From Nostoc sp. DedSLP01 (GTDB taxonomy: Bacteria > Cyanobacteriota > Cyanobacteriia > Cyanobacteriales > Nostocaceae), in NCBI GenBank assembly GCA_034530875.2, contig JAVRCJ020000009.1, positions 96,001 to 160,000 on the forward strand: 64,000 nt of DNA. The letters run 5' to 3'. Position numbers and translations under genes: made by a program. Shown here piece after piece: positions 29,975 through 40,316 of this stretch. The notes beneath the pieces were generated by a model that saw only the letters and a program-made list of their open reading frames with translations, had not been told where the DNA came from and searched no databases. Numbering within the stretch: position 1 is the first letter of the stretch; the number at the start of each line of letters is the position of its first letter.

Positions 29975-31042
29975 TCATTTTACAGAATAATTTTTGCGAT
30001 AGTAAGCTTGATATTCCGCAGATAACAGAGGTTCCCACCACTGACGATGAGTGAGATACCATTCAACGGTTAAACGTAAACCTTCGGTAATTGTTACTGA
30101 AGGTGTCCAACCAAGCTGACTTTTAATTTTATTAGCATTAATTGCATATCTTCGATCGTGCCCGGGTCTATCCTTGACAAAAGTAATTAACTGTTTTGCT
30201 GGACGGACTGGTAAATCAGGTGCTAATTCATCCATCATTTGACATAAAATTTCCACGAGGCTGATATTTTCTACTTCATTATTGCCACCAATATTGTATG
30301 TTTCCCCTGGCTTTCCACCATTAATTACTACGTCTAAAGCCCGACAATGGTCGCCGACATAAAGCCAATCCCGTACATTTTTACCATCACCATAAACAGG
30401 TAATGGTTTCCCAATTAAAGTGTTAATACACATTAGGGGAATCAGTTTTTCTGGAAACTGATAGGAACCATAATTATTAGAACAATTGGTAATAATTGTC
30501 GGCAATTTATAAGTATGAAAATAAGCCCGCACTAAGTGGTCGCTACCTGCTTTAGAAGCAGAATAGGGACTATTAGGAGCATAAGGTGTAGTTTCCGAAA
30601 AAGCTGGATCGTCTAGGCCTAAACTACCGTATACTTCATCAGTAGAAACGTGCAAGAAACGATAATCGGATGGCTGTGCTTTCGCCTGCCAATGTTGGCG
30701 AAAAGCTTCAAGGAGAGTGAAAGTTCCGACCACATTAGTTTGTACAAAAGCACCAGGGCCGAGAATCGAGCGATCGACATGAGATTCAGCGGCAAAATGA
30801 GCGATAGTATCGATATTTTCCGTTAAAAATAAATCATCTACAAGGGAGCGATCGCAAATATCCCCTTGCACAAAGCGAAAATTCTCTCTGCCCTCAACTA
30901 GCGCCAAATTCAAACGATTTCCGGCGTAAGTTAGAGCATCCAACACCACCACTCGGTCATCTGGATAAGCCTGACACCAATGATGTACAAAATTCGCTCC
31001 AATAAACCCCGCACCCCCCGTCACCAACAATCGCCGACTCAT
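29975..31042 (-). CDS. rfbB: dTDP-glucose 4,6-dehydratase
   Basis: GGAGFIG, AAESHVDRSI, STDEVYG, YSASK, DRPGHDRRYA. Confidence 0.95.
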   Translation of the reverse strand: MSRRLLVTGGAGFIGANFVHHWCQAYPDDRVVVLDALTYAGNRLNLALVEGRENFRFVQGDICDRSLVDDLFLTENIDTIAHFAAESHVDRSILGPGAFVQTNVVGTFTLLEAFRQHWQAKAQPSDYRFLHVSTDEVYGSLGLDDPAFSETTPYAPNSPYSASKAGSDHLVRAYFHTYKLPTIITNCSNNYGSYQFPEKLIPLMCINTLIGKPLPVYGDGKNVRDWLYVGDHCRALDVVINGGKPGETYNIGGNNEVENISLVEILCQMMDELAPDLPVRPAKQLITFVKDRPGHDRRYAINANKIKSQLGWTPSVTITEGLRLTVEWYLTHRQWWEPLLSAEYQAYYRKNYSVK

Positions 31043-31062
31043 CCAATTTCCTCTCTTCTCTG

Positions 31063-31146
31063 TTGCGCTAGCCTGTCTTGAAAAGTTCAGATCGGCGGAA
31101 GCCGCCGCTCCGACTTTTCGCTGCGGCAAGCCGCTGCGCGTCTACG
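31063..31146. repeat. Cluster of GC-rich SDR-like mini-hairpins
   Basis: CGGCGGAAGCCGCCG and GCGGCAAGCCGC hairpins between the glycosyltransferase and rfbB. Confidence 0.5.
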
Positions 31147-31147
31147 T

Positions 31148-32149
31148 TTATTTCGACTTGAAATATTTTTTTCTCAGCTTACCATATATCCTTTGCCCCA
31201 GTAATTTAGCTCTACGTATTTTTGTCAAGCTTTTAATATTAGATGGTTGTTGTACTTTATGGTCAAAAAATTCATTTAATTCCTCTAAAATTACCTTTAA
31301 TCGCTGAATAATGTTTTCCGTTCGATACTCAGCAAAAAATTCTTCAGACAAACTAAATCTTTCTGAAGAATTTACCACTTTCAAAATACGTTGTACATCA
31401 TATTCTTGTGAATAGCCAGCAATTTTATAGGAATTAAAACCAGGATCTAAGTAATCGGCCAATCCGCCATTGACGCTAGAAAATACTTGACAACCACATG
31501 CAAGGGCTTCCATTGGTTGCAGACCAAATCCTTCACTCACACCCTGTTGTGCCCAGTACTCAGCAGAATCATAAAGGTAAACTTTAGCTCGGTTAAATAG
31601 TCCAGGTAAATCTTCTATATATGAATCAACAACGAATACCCGACAACGTTTTTGTAACGCTGGAATCAATTCTTTAATTAAATACTCAGAAGATTTTCGA
31701 GCCTGAACTAAAACATCAATATTTCGTTCCACACCTAAATTTTGAAACTCATCAGAAATTTGGTTGGGCAAATAATAAATCAAAGAATTGGGCGATTTTT
31801 CTCCCCAATATCCCATTGTATAGCGGCTAACAGTAACAATTGGAATACTTGCAGGTAACTTAAATGGATAACCCGCACTATGTGCATGATAAACAACATT
31901 GTATTGCTTCAGTTTTGGCACAAGTTGCGCTACATCAAATCCCCAATTGATCGCAAAAATCGCATCATTGAGATTTTTTTCTTGAAGCAAATCATCGATA
32001 AAAAGCTTACCTTTTTCTCGTTGACGGTAAGTTACAACATCAGCACTACAAAGCTGCTGAACCAAATTAACTGTTTTTAATTCTGCCCAAAGCCCGCCGC
32101 AAGCAAATTTGCCATCTGTACCAGGAAGTAAGAAGTAAAGTTTTCTCAT
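31148..32149 (-). CDS. GT-B fold glycosyltransferase
   Basis: SEGFGLQPMEALACG (EX7E motif). Confidence 0.85.
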   Translation of the reverse strand: MRKLYFLLPGTDGKFACGGLWAELKTVNLVQQLCSADVVTYRQREKGKLFIDDLLQEKNLNDAIFAINWGFDVAQLVPKLKQYNVVYHAHSAGYPFKLPASIPIVTVSRYTMGYWGEKSPNSLIYYLPNQISDEFQNLGVERNIDVLVQARKSSEYLIKELIPALQKRCRVFVVDSYIEDLPGLFNRAKVYLYDSAEYWAQQGVSEGFGLQPMEALACGCQVFSSVNGGLADYLDPGFNSYKIAGYSQEYDVQRILKVVNSSERFSLSEEFFAEYRTENIIQRLKVILEELNEFFDHKVQQPSNIKSLTKIRRAKLLGQRIYGKLRKKYFKSK

Positions 32150-32362
32150 AATTTTTTTAGGGGAGTAGGGAGTGTTTTCAACCCGAAACTCAAAAATCCC
32201 CTCAGTCGCATTGGCAAGACCAATACAGGGCTGAGGGGATAAGTTTTATCTATACAATATCTCCAAAATCTCACACCACAACAACCCGTTGACCAATACA
32301 GGTAATATGCTATAATTATCTGCGTTGATTTACGGTTACTATCGATCGCCAAGCAAACGGCA

Positions 32363-32611
32363 TTAGTAGTAATCGGGTTGTGGCTGTGGTTGCGGCACTG
32401 CAAAATTTGATGCATCGTACAAGTAGCGGCTGGCTTCCTCTTCTAGACGATGAATCAGGAAAGGTTCAATGGTATTACCATGTCGCAGTGCGGCTAGATA
32501 TCCATCCAAATACATCCGCATATCATCCATACGATAACCGCGATTCCATAACTCGACGAAGGCGTCAGTGAGTCTTTGGTAATAGCGGATGGTTTGTGTG
32601 TCTTGGAGCAT
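32363..32611 (-). CDS. Conserved small cyanobacterial protein (DUF6761-like)
   Basis: MLQDTQTIRYYQRLTDAFVELWNRGY...; divergent from nrrA. Confidence 0.75.
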   Translation of the reverse strand: MLQDTQTIRYYQRLTDAFVELWNRGYRMDDMRMYLDGYLAALRHGNTIEPFLIHRLEEEASRYLYDASNFAVPQPQPQPDYY

Positions 32612-33117
32612 AACTGCTGTACTAATGTCTTTGGAATGAGAATTGTAAATGATTCAGGCTCAAATGTGAAGTGTAATTTCACTTTTGGGATCAATTAAAA
32701 ATAAACATATATTCTGCGGGTAGCACTTTTCTAGTAGCTACAAACTACTTCAATCCTATTCCAGAAAACACCTGCTCGACTTATATCCCAGGGTATCTTT
32801 ACATTTTTCTTTGGTAACAGCCCCCTTTTATTGGTGCTATAGTCATGGATATAAGCAGCAATTTCTTCAGCAGGAATCACTTTTTGCTTGAGCTGAAAAG
32901 CTCTTTTGCTAAGGATTACCTGTCATGCTTATGGGTTTTGGATATGATGGTCAGATAAAAACACAGTGTCAAGCTAAAAGAACTTTTGATAAGTCTGAGA
33001 AGACTTTTTATAAGTTTAACAAAAATTTAAGAATATTTCTAATGCCCTTTTGCAAAGGACAATTTAAAGATATTGGCACTTTTTTTATGAGGAAATGTAA
33101 AGCTAATAGCCATTGAA

Positions 33118-33159
33118 GTAACAAAGGCTACAAAACCTTAGACATGGGCTTGTTACTTT
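33118..33159 (+). promoter_or_regulatory. NtcA-activated promoter of nrrA
   Basis: GTA-acaaaggc-TAC (33118-33131), then exactly 22 nt, then TACTTT (TAN3T, 33154-33159). Confidence 0.9.
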
Positions 33160-33191
33160 GAAAGTCATCGACGCTAAGGGGTCTTGCCACC

Positions 33192-33962
33192 GTGGGTTCG
33201 GTTTGTATAGAAATCATTGAAGGGAATCCCCATCTAAGGTCGTTGCTAGGTTGGCACTTGCAACAACTAGAATACCGGGTGCATCAAGCGGCCAGTATTT
33301 ATCAAGCAAGGGAAGTATTTTTAAGCCATCAACCAACACTTGTGGTTTTGGATGCAGATCTTCCTGACGGTGACGGTATTGAATTCTGTCGTTGGTTGCA
33401 TCGTCAGCAACAGCCTTTAATTTTAATGCTATCTGCTCGCAATAGTGAAGCTGATATTGTCGCAGGTTTAAAGGCGGGTGCAGATGATTACCTGAGCAAA
33501 CCTTTTGGAATGCAAGAGTTTTTGGCACGGGTAGAGGCATTAATTCGCCGTAAGCGCACGCCGACTGCACCGGCATATTTGGATTATGGCACTTTACAAA
33601 TTGATTTGGTTCAGCGCCGCGTCCGCTTCCAAGGAGAGTTTATCGAATTAACACCCCAGGAATTCAGCTTACTATACGTTCTAGCACAAGCCGGGGGAGT
33701 ACCTCTGAGTAGGTCGGAATTGCTGCGCCGTGCTTGGCCTGATGCCATTGATAACCCTCGTACCATTGATACTCACGTTTTGTCACTGCGGAAAAAGGTT
33801 GAACTCGATCCCCGGCAACCTAGCTTGATTCAAACTATCCGCAATGTGGGATACCGTTTTAACATGGAAATTTTGAACACTAATATTCCACAGTCACAAA
33901 CAAAGTTAACTAGAGAGAGATTTAGCAATCAACGTTCGACACTCAGTAGCAGTCAGGTGTGA
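33192..33962 (+). CDS. nrrA: OmpR-family nitrogen-regulated response regulator NrrA
   Basis: Receiver plus wHTH; sequence MGSVCIEIIEGNPHLRSLLGWHLQQ... recognised as NrrA; NtcA promoter upstream. Confidence 0.88.
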   Translation: MGSVCIEIIEGNPHLRSLLGWHLQQLEYRVHQAASIYQAREVFLSHQPTLVVLDADLPDGDGIEFCRWLHRQQQPLILMLSARNSEADIVAGLKAGADDYLSKPFGMQEFLARVEALIRRKRTPTAPAYLDYGTLQIDLVQRRVRFQGEFIELTPQEFSLLYVLAQAGGVPLSRSELLRRAWPDAIDNPRTIDTHVLSLRKKVELDPRQPSLIQTIRNVGYRFNMEILNTNIPQSQTKLTRERFSNQRSTLSSSQV

Positions 33963-34056
33963 TGGGGAATGGGGAATGGTGACTGGGGACTGGGGACTAG
34001 GAAAATTTTTTCGCCATCTCTAGCCCCCGATGTCCTGTTTAAACTATGCCCAAAAT

Positions 34057-34860
34057 CTAAAATTCAAAATCGTCTTGAGATTGTGCTTTAATCAAGGTTT
34101 CTCGTAATTCATCCCAGTTGATTTTAGAGAGTTTTTTATCTGCCGATAAATGACCTTGGTGTAGGTGTAATAATCGAGTGCAAAACATTTCGGCTAGGTC
34201 TATTTGGTGATTTACCATCAAAATGGTGGTTTGATGAGTTTGACTCAACTCGATTAAAACTTGTATTAGATGCAAAGCTGTACCAGGATCTAGGGCAGAG
34301 GTAGGCTCGTCTAATAATAGAATTTTAGGCTGGATGAGTAAGGCACGAGCGATCGCCACAAGCTGTCGTTGTCCCGCAGAAAGTTGTACCTCTGTTCGTC
34401 CTAACCATTCACTGGGAATGTGCAGTTGTTCCATCCAGTAATTAACTCGTTCCTGAATTATCTGTTTGGATAAACCACGCAAAACCAAAGGATAAGCCAA
34501 AGCTTGCCCTACTGTCATCCCCAACAGCTTTGATTCCTGCAATACAAGTGTCACCATCTGGCGTAACTCGATAACGGGAATTTGGCGATACTCTTGATTT
34601 TGTAAATAGATTTTGCCGCTAGTGGGTTCAACGAGGCGGTTGATGAGGCGTAGTAACGAACTTTTACCAGCACCAACTGTACCTACAATTGCAATGCGTT
34701 CGCCACAGGCGTTGGCTTTGCCATCGCCTTGAAATACTTCAAAGGAAATATCCTGCAATATGCGATATCCCTGCTGATTTGCTGCAACTTGGCTTTTGAG
34801 CTTTGCAAACAGATTAACTTGTTCTAGCCTGAGTATGGCTTTTGCTGTGGCAGTATTCAA
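34057..34860 (-). CDS. ABC transporter ATP-binding protein
   Basis: GTVGAGKS, LSAGQRQ, LLDEPTS; carries an 8-aa insertion before Walker A. Confidence 0.9.
   Translation of the reverse strand: MNTATAKAILRLEQVNLFAKLKSQVAANQQGYRILQDISFEVFQGDGKANACGERIAIVGTVGAGKSSLLRLINRLVEPTSGKIYLQNQEYRQIPVIELRQMVTLVLQESKLLGMTVGQALAYPLVLRGLSKQIIQERVNYWMEQLHIPSEWLGRTEVQLSAGQRQLVAIARALLIQPKILLLDEPTSALDPGTALHLIQVLIELSQTHQTTILMVNHQIDLAEMFCTRLLHLHQGHLSADKKLSKINWDELRETLIKAQSQDDFEF
34696..34727. mobile_element. SDR5-like 24-nt insertion splitting a HIP1 site
   Basis: GCG[TTCGCCACAGGCGTTGGCTTTGCC]ATCGC; removing the 24 nt restores GCGATCGC and GDRI. Confidence 0.75.
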
Positions 34861-34894
34861 GGTGAGTAGGGAGATGGCTTCGCCAAGTAAAAGA

Positions 34895-35001
34895 TAAAAG
34901 GGAAAAGGGGAAAAGATGAAAGGTAAAAGGGACGTATGTAGGGTTTATTCCCTTTCCCCTTTGCCCCTTTCCCTTGTCCCTATCCGAAGGGTTTTGCCCC
35001 A
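34895..35001. repeat. Dispersed purine/pyrimidine hairpin repeat (inverted copy at 45381-45470)
   Basis: CCCTATCCGAAGGGTTTTGCCC is the reverse complement of GGGCCAAACCCTTCGGGTAGGG (45381) with 2 mismatches; both adjoin AAAGGG/CCCTTT arms. Confidence 0.65.
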
Positions 35002-35005
35002 TGCC

Positions 35006-35563
35006 CTATTTTATAGTTAATGCTGTAGCGATCGCCCAACCATCGACCAACAGCAACAACAGTGTGAACCCTAGTAAAATCGCATACATCCAAGGTTGCG
35101 CTAAAGGACGAACATCTGTAGTGTCAATATTAGTCTTTGTTTGGACAATTTGTACCAAGCGGGCAAATCCCGCTACACGCATCGGTAATAAATAAGCTTT
35201 TCCATCTTGACCGAGAAAATAATAAACTATACCTCCTTGACCGGTGGTACGGGGTTTTAATTCTTTAACTTGCGACCAATGTAAAAACCAGCCTTTACGG
35301 AAAAAGCCGGGAACCCAACGAGGGTAACTAACCTGAATTCCTTGTTCGTCTAGTATTACTCGTTCAGTCAAAACCGCATACAAGGCAACAAAGCCAATGC
35401 TAATACCTACCCATAATAATGCTGGGGGTATTGGTGAGGCTGTTACCTGCGATAAAAAGGGTAAGGGAACTGTGAGTGCTATGTATAAACTTAGCAGCGT
35501 TATCCTAATTAAAGGAGAGAGATTAAAAATAGAAGCTGAAGTATTGGCTGAATTTGCTGTCAC
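35006..35563 (-). CDS. Conserved membrane protein
   Basis: Three hydrophobic segments and a soluble middle domain; GTG start. Confidence 0.75.
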   Translation of the reverse strand: MTANSANTSASIFNLSPLIRITLLSLYIALTVPLPFLSQVTASPIPPALLWVGISIGFVALYAVLTERVILDEQGIQVSYPRWVPGFFRKGWFLHWSQVKELKPRTTGQGGIVYYFLGQDGKAYLLPMRVAGFARLVQIVQTKTNIDTTDVRPLAQPWMYAILLGFTLLLLLVDGWAIATALTIK

Positions 35564-35617
35564 GGCTCAATTACAATGCTTTTCTTCATTGTAGGATAGC
35601 TTTCTGCCCAGCTTTGT

Positions 35618-36079
35618 TTAAGGTAAATACTTTTGCACGACACTCCAACCAGTAAACGATACCCAGGCAAATCCGACAAACAGAATTGTATTTAAGCTTA
35701 TATGTAAAGTTCTAGCCCAAGGTTTTGTAGGGCTGATTTGTGTTGCACTGAAAGCAGACAGTAAAACCAAGGCTACAACAATTAATCCAGCGACCAAGTG
35801 TGGCGAGTGTCCCAGAGAACCAAAATGACCCAAAGTGCCAACAATGCCGATCGCCAGCAATAGTAGCACTAAACTTACCATACTGATGCCCATTAAATAG
35901 TGTAGCGATCGCACTTCCCTACGTCCGCCTATCAATAGGGGCATAAAAGGAAATTGCTGCGAAGTTCTCCTTTGAAACATCCAAACGCCTGTAATTGCTA
36001 ACATCAGGTATGCTAGCAGGGATAATCCCATCGACCAGGCGGCGATTTTCCACAACCAAAGAAATGAAGGCAGATTCAT
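35618..36079 (-). CDS. DUF4079-like membrane protein
   Basis: Four TM helices with His residues (SLHY, SPHL, TLHI). Confidence 0.7.
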   Translation of the reverse strand: MNLPSFLWLWKIAAWSMGLSLLAYLMLAITGVWMFQRRTSQQFPFMPLLIGGRREVRSLHYLMGISMVSLVLLLLAIGIVGTLGHFGSLGHSPHLVAGLIVVALVLLSAFSATQISPTKPWARTLHISLNTILFVGFAWVSFTGWSVVQKYLP

Positions 36080-36176
36080 AAAATTGATTGTAGATGAGAG
36101 TGGCGCATTGGGCATCGGCTAGAGGAGCAGGGTAGCCAGGAGGGGAAGCAGAGGAGGTAGGGGAGAATAAATTAAT

Positions 36177-36218
36177 AACTAATGACTAATGACCAATGAC
36201 TAATGACTAATGACTAAT
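36177..36218. repeat. STRR heptamer tract (AATGACT)n
   Basis: About six tandem units; similar tracts at about 44386, 56495, 57400 and 62917. Confidence 0.85.
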
Positions 36219-36222
36219 AAAT

Positions 36223-36249
36223 AAAAAGGGCTGCTAAATTTAGCAACCC
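36223..36249 (-). terminator. Intrinsic terminator after the DUF1830-like gene
   Basis: Minus strand GGGTTGCTAAATTTAGCAGCCC followed by TTTTT. Confidence 0.7.
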
Positions 36250-36273
36250 AGAAATTGAGCCAAATTGTTTTTT

Positions 36274-36669
36274 TTAATCAACAGCTGCTAAACCAGCGAT
36301 TTGTAAGGGTTTTATACTATCTCCGGTCTTTGTATTAAGTTGCTGCACTATTGCTGTGGTACTTATAGGGTCTTTTTCAAATGATGAGTTTGTATCTAAC
36401 TCATAATTGGTAGAGTCATCGAGCATCAGGCGATCGCACGGAATGTTATCGGATAAAATTGCACTTGCCATCATACCCGTATGAATCTCCAATTGAGCTG
36501 TTCGCGGAGCTTCAAAAACTAAGCGTTGTCCTGGAAAAACAACCCTTTCAAAATACCAATTGGCAATATTAGAGATGCGAGCTACCTGTATTTTGCTCGT
36601 GGCATTAATGTAGCAGCAGAGAATTTTCCCCGATTGCTCAGGTGGTAGAGGATCTAAAATTTGAGCCAT
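36274..36669 (-). CDS. DUF1830-like protein
   Basis: ILCCYINATSKIQVARISNIANWYFERVVFPGQRLVFEAP. Confidence 0.8.
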   Translation of the reverse strand: MAQILDPLPPEQSGKILCCYINATSKIQVARISNIANWYFERVVFPGQRLVFEAPRTAQLEIHTGMMASAILSDNIPCDRLMLDDSTNYELDTNSSFEKDPISTTAIVQQLNTKTGDSIKPLQIAGLAAVD

Positions 36670-36714
36670 AACTGCTGAGGAGCTTTGCGCCACAATTTTA
36701 CATTAGACTATTCA

Positions 36715-36757
36715 AGCCTAGCACTGGCCGATCCCCAGTTGCTGTAACTGCGAATAC
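36715..36757 (-). promoter_or_regulatory. Putative NtcA box with -10 element
   Basis: GTA-actgcgaa-TAC (36744-36757); minus-strand TAGGCT 23 nt downstream. Confidence 0.5.
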
Positions 36758-37245
36758 CAACTGAGTATTTATGGATTATTTCTATCTAAAGAAATATTGA
36801 TAGTTATAAAAATTTTGTAATTATTCATGCCTTTTTCAAAATTATACACTATAACTAAAACTTTTAGATATTTTTACTCAGTACAAAAGCTCTAAATTGC
36901 TGAGGATAAATAATTAGGGCATTCATCTGACAGCGATCCCCTTGCTTTTCGCCTAGCGAACAAGTCAGTTTTGCTTTTTATCTATCCCAAGATTAGTACG
37001 CCCAGATCCTCGCTTTATGAATAAACTCAATGTTATCGTAAAGCTATATGAAAAATATCTTCATAAATGTCTCTCATCTACATGCATTCAGTATGTAAAG
37101 TAACTTTATTGATTCCTAAAATGAGGAACAAAAAGTTGACATATCAATAATCGGCTTCGATGTCAAGCAAGATTGCGATCGATAAAAACAACAAAAACAC
37201 CCTTTAAAATTCAATTTTTTCTCGCTTTCCCCAAACATTGGCAAG

Positions 37246-38838
37246 ATGGCAGTCAAAACACTCATAATGGAAAATCGAATTCTTTACGTTCGCCTTCCCT
37301 GTAACCCCATCTTTCCCATTGGGGTTGTCTACCTTAGCGATCGCGTCCACAAGCAGTTTCCCAACATCGAACAGCGCATCTTTGATTTGGGAACGATACC
37401 ACCTCTAGACTACACCTCGGCTTTAGATCGGTGTATCGATGAATTTAAACCTACACTACTAATATTTTCTTGGCGGGATATTCAAATTTATGCCCCAGTT
37501 GGCGGACGTGGCGGCAACCCGCTACAAAACGCTTTTGAATTTTACTACGCTAAGAATCCTCTATTAAAACTACGCGGTGCATTGGGCGGTTTGCGAATCT
37601 TCACCGCTTACTATATAGAGTTGTGGCGTAACCTGGGCTTAATTAAACGCGGTTTAAAGCGCGCCCAAAAATATAATTCTCATGCCCGTGCAGTCCTTGG
37701 TGGTGGTGCAGTCAGCGTATTTTACGAACAACTGGGTAAAAGCTTACCCCCAGGAACAATTATTTCTGTGGGTGAAGGGGAAACCCTGCTAGAAAAACTT
37801 TTAAGTGGTAGAGAGTTCCGCGATGAACGCTGTTATGTTGTTGGAGAAGGTAAACCACGAAAACGCTTGATTCACGAACAACCCACTCCCATAGAAAAAA
37901 CAGCTTGCAACTACGACTATATCGAAAACATCTGGCCGGAATTTAACTATTATCTGCAAGAGCAAGACTTTTATATAGGCGTACAAACTAAGCGCGGTTG
38001 TCCTCACAATTGTTGTTATTGCGTTTATACAGTTGTCGAAGGCAAACAAGTACGCATCAATCCCGCAGATGAAGTAGTTGCCGAGATGCGCCAATTATAC
38101 GATCGCGGCATTCGCAATTTCTGGTTTACCGATGCCCAATTCATCCCCGCCCGCAAATTTATCGACGATGCCATAGAACTCTTGCAAAAAATCGTCGATT
38201 CTGGTATGACAGACATCCATTGGGCAGCGTATATTCGAGCCGACAATTTGACACCTCAATTGTGCGAGTTGATGGTAAAAACCGGGATGAACTATTTTGA
38301 AATTGGCATTACCAGCGGTTCTCAAGAACTCGTGCGTAAAATGCGGATGGGTTACAACCTGCGAACCGTCTTACAAAATTGTCGTGACTTAAAAGCAGCT
38401 GGTTTCAACGACTTAGTTTCTGTAAACTACTCCTTTAACGTCATTGACGAACGTCCCGAAACCATTCGCCAAACCATCGCCTACCACCGGGAACTAGAAC
38501 GAATCTTTGGCGCTGATAAAGTCGAACCTGCCATCTTCTTCATTGGACTACAACCCCATACCCATTTAGAAGAATATGCCTTCAAAGAGGGTATTCTCAA
38601 ACCAGGGTATAACCCAATGAGCTTGATGCCCTGGACAGCCAAAAAACTCCTTTGGAATCCCGAACCCCTTGGTTCCTTCTTTGGGGAAGTCTGCTTACAA
38701 GCTTGGCAGCAAAACCCCAATGACTTCGGGCGTGAAGTCATGAATATCTTAGAAGAAAAACTGGGTTGCGCTGATTTAGAAGCAGCACTTTCTTCACCAA
38801 TAGAGAAGAAAGAAAAACAGCTGGCAGGTGTATCCTAG
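37246..38838 (+). CDS. B12-binding-like radical SAM protein (PSII high-light acclimation type)
   Basis: RGCPHNCCYC (CxxxCxxC); RLPCNPIFPIG N-terminus typical of the Slr0320-like family. Confidence 0.82.
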   Translation: MAVKTLIMENRILYVRLPCNPIFPIGVVYLSDRVHKQFPNIEQRIFDLGTIPPLDYTSALDRCIDEFKPTLLIFSWRDIQIYAPVGGRGGNPLQNAFEFYYAKNPLLKLRGALGGLRIFTAYYIELWRNLGLIKRGLKRAQKYNSHARAVLGGGAVSVFYEQLGKSLPPGTIISVGEGETLLEKLLSGREFRDERCYVVGEGKPRKRLIHEQPTPIEKTACNYDYIENIWPEFNYYLQEQDFYIGVQTKRGCPHNCCYCVYTVVEGKQVRINPADEVVAEMRQLYDRGIRNFWFTDAQFIPARKFIDDAIELLQKIVDSGMTDIHWAAYIRADNLTPQLCELMVKTGMNYFEIGITSGSQELVRKMRMGYNLRTVLQNCRDLKAAGFNDLVSVNYSFNVIDERPETIRQTIAYHRELERIFGADKVEPAIFFIGLQPHTHLEEYAFKEGILKPGYNPMSLMPWTAKKLLWNPEPLGSFFGEVCLQAWQQNPNDFGREVMNILEEKLGCADLEAALSSPIEKKEKQLAGVS

Positions 38839-38927
38839 AAAACAAAAAGATATAGGGAGATTTAGAATTCTGAATTCATCCCTTTTCCATCCTTATAGTG
38901 CCTCTGCGGTTATTTTTACAAAATCCC

Positions 38928-40316
38928 ATGTTAGAAGGTTCAATCTTACAAAAGCTGGAAGCAGCCCACCGTCACAGCATCAGGCCAATTCGATTCGGGG
39001 TGTACTACAAAAATACCCTTGTATCTCTCTGCCATGCCCTAGAAGACCACATCCTAGCAGAAGACGATAAACCTTTAGTTATCGCCGCCTTCCAACAAGG
39101 TAAATGGTATCTGCAAGAAGCCGAGCGATATGCAGACATCGCCCAGCGCAGCCGCGAAATTGCCATCATGGCCGCTGCTGACACTGGCTTTGCCGAACAT
39201 CCTACAAGTCTTTTACCAAATGTAGACTTAGTAGGATTAGATCCAGGCGATCCGGTGGCTCAGGAGTGGCACTTAATTATTTTGTCACCGAATTACACAG
39301 CAATGGTAATTTGTCAAGAGCTATCGGAGGCTGATTATGGCAGCAGTGGCATACCAGCATCAGACTTAGAGCGTAAATTCTACGGCTTGTGGACATTTGA
39401 GCCAGAGTTAGTGCAAGAGACAGCAGAAATAGCGATCGCTCACATCCAAAAATACGACCCAGAATTAGCCAATAAACTCACTGCCCATAAAGAGGCGATC
39501 GCCCCATCTATTGCCAGATTAGAAAATTTGGGTGCAGTCGTCTCCCGTGTAGTCGATTATCTCCAGACTGGGCAAGATAATTTATCCATCCCTACACTGC
39601 TGGGGCAACAAACTTTAGATCGGAACTTGGTTTCTAACGAAATTCAAGCATTTTTGCGGATGGCTCAGCTCTTGGATATGGCAGATGTCAACAATCCAAT
39701 GGCGGCTACCGAAGTCGTAGCACTTGCCGAGGCGATCGCCCAGCTTTTAGATCTTCCTGCATGGCAGATTAAGAGATTGCGCCTAGCAGCTCTATTACAT
39801 CGCATAGATCCATTACAAAAAGCAGAAAGTGTTCTCACTTCTGATAGAATAACAACCCATTCTCAAGAAGAAGCCCCCAGTTGCCCTTTAATACCAGGGA
39901 CGCAAGTGCTGCGAACCATGCCACGACTGCGAGCAGTTGCCCAAATTATTACTCACCAAACCGAGTGGTGGAATGGTACTGGCGAACCAGCAGGTTTAGC
40001 TGGGGATGAAATTCCCTTAGAGTCGAGAATTTTATCATTATTGGCAGACTTTCAGTGGCGAGTAAATCAGCGAAAATCTTCTAATCAAAATCGCCAAGAA
40101 ATATTTACTCAAGCTTTGGATGAGTGCAGACAGCAACAATCTACCCGCTTTGACCCTAAACTTGTAGATACCCTAGCTTTATTAGTTATGGGTTTACAAC
40201 AAGGACTCGACTTACCCATCATGACACCCAAATATAGCAGTGGTGTTTGGCTACTTGATTCCCAATGGGATAGCCACAGCAAGACAAGTGAGGAAATTAG
40301 AAGTTACCCGAAATGA
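38928..40316 (+). CDS. DICT sensory domain plus degenerate HD-GYP domain protein
   Basis: YYKNTLVSLCHALED...AAFQ...EWHLII (DICT-like); LLHRID, GTGEP, EIPLESRI, RFDPKLV (HD-GYP scaffold). Confidence 0.8.
   Translation: MLEGSILQKLEAAHRHSIRPIRFGVYYKNTLVSLCHALEDHILAEDDKPLVIAAFQQGKWYLQEAERYADIAQRSREIAIMAAADTGFAEHPTSLLPNVDLVGLDPGDPVAQEWHLIILSPNYTAMVICQELSEADYGSSGIPASDLERKFYGLWTFEPELVQETAEIAIAHIQKYDPELANKLTAHKEAIAPSIARLENLGAVVSRVVDYLQTGQDNLSIPTLLGQQTLDRNLVSNEIQAFLRMAQLLDMADVNNPMAATEVVALAEAIAQLLDLPAWQIKRLRLAALLHRIDPLQKAESVLTSDRITTHSQEEAPSCPLIPGTQVLRTMPRLRAVAQIITHQTEWWNGTGEPAGLAGDEIPLESRILSLLADFQWRVNQRKSSNQNRQEIFTQALDECRQQQSTRFDPKLVDTLALLVMGLQQGLDLPIMTPKYSSGVWLLDSQWDSHSKTSEEIRSYPK

Noticed and set aside
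36177..36218. Tandem repeats as a possible CRISPR array
   Set aside because: 7-bp STRR units without spacers; common in Nostocales.
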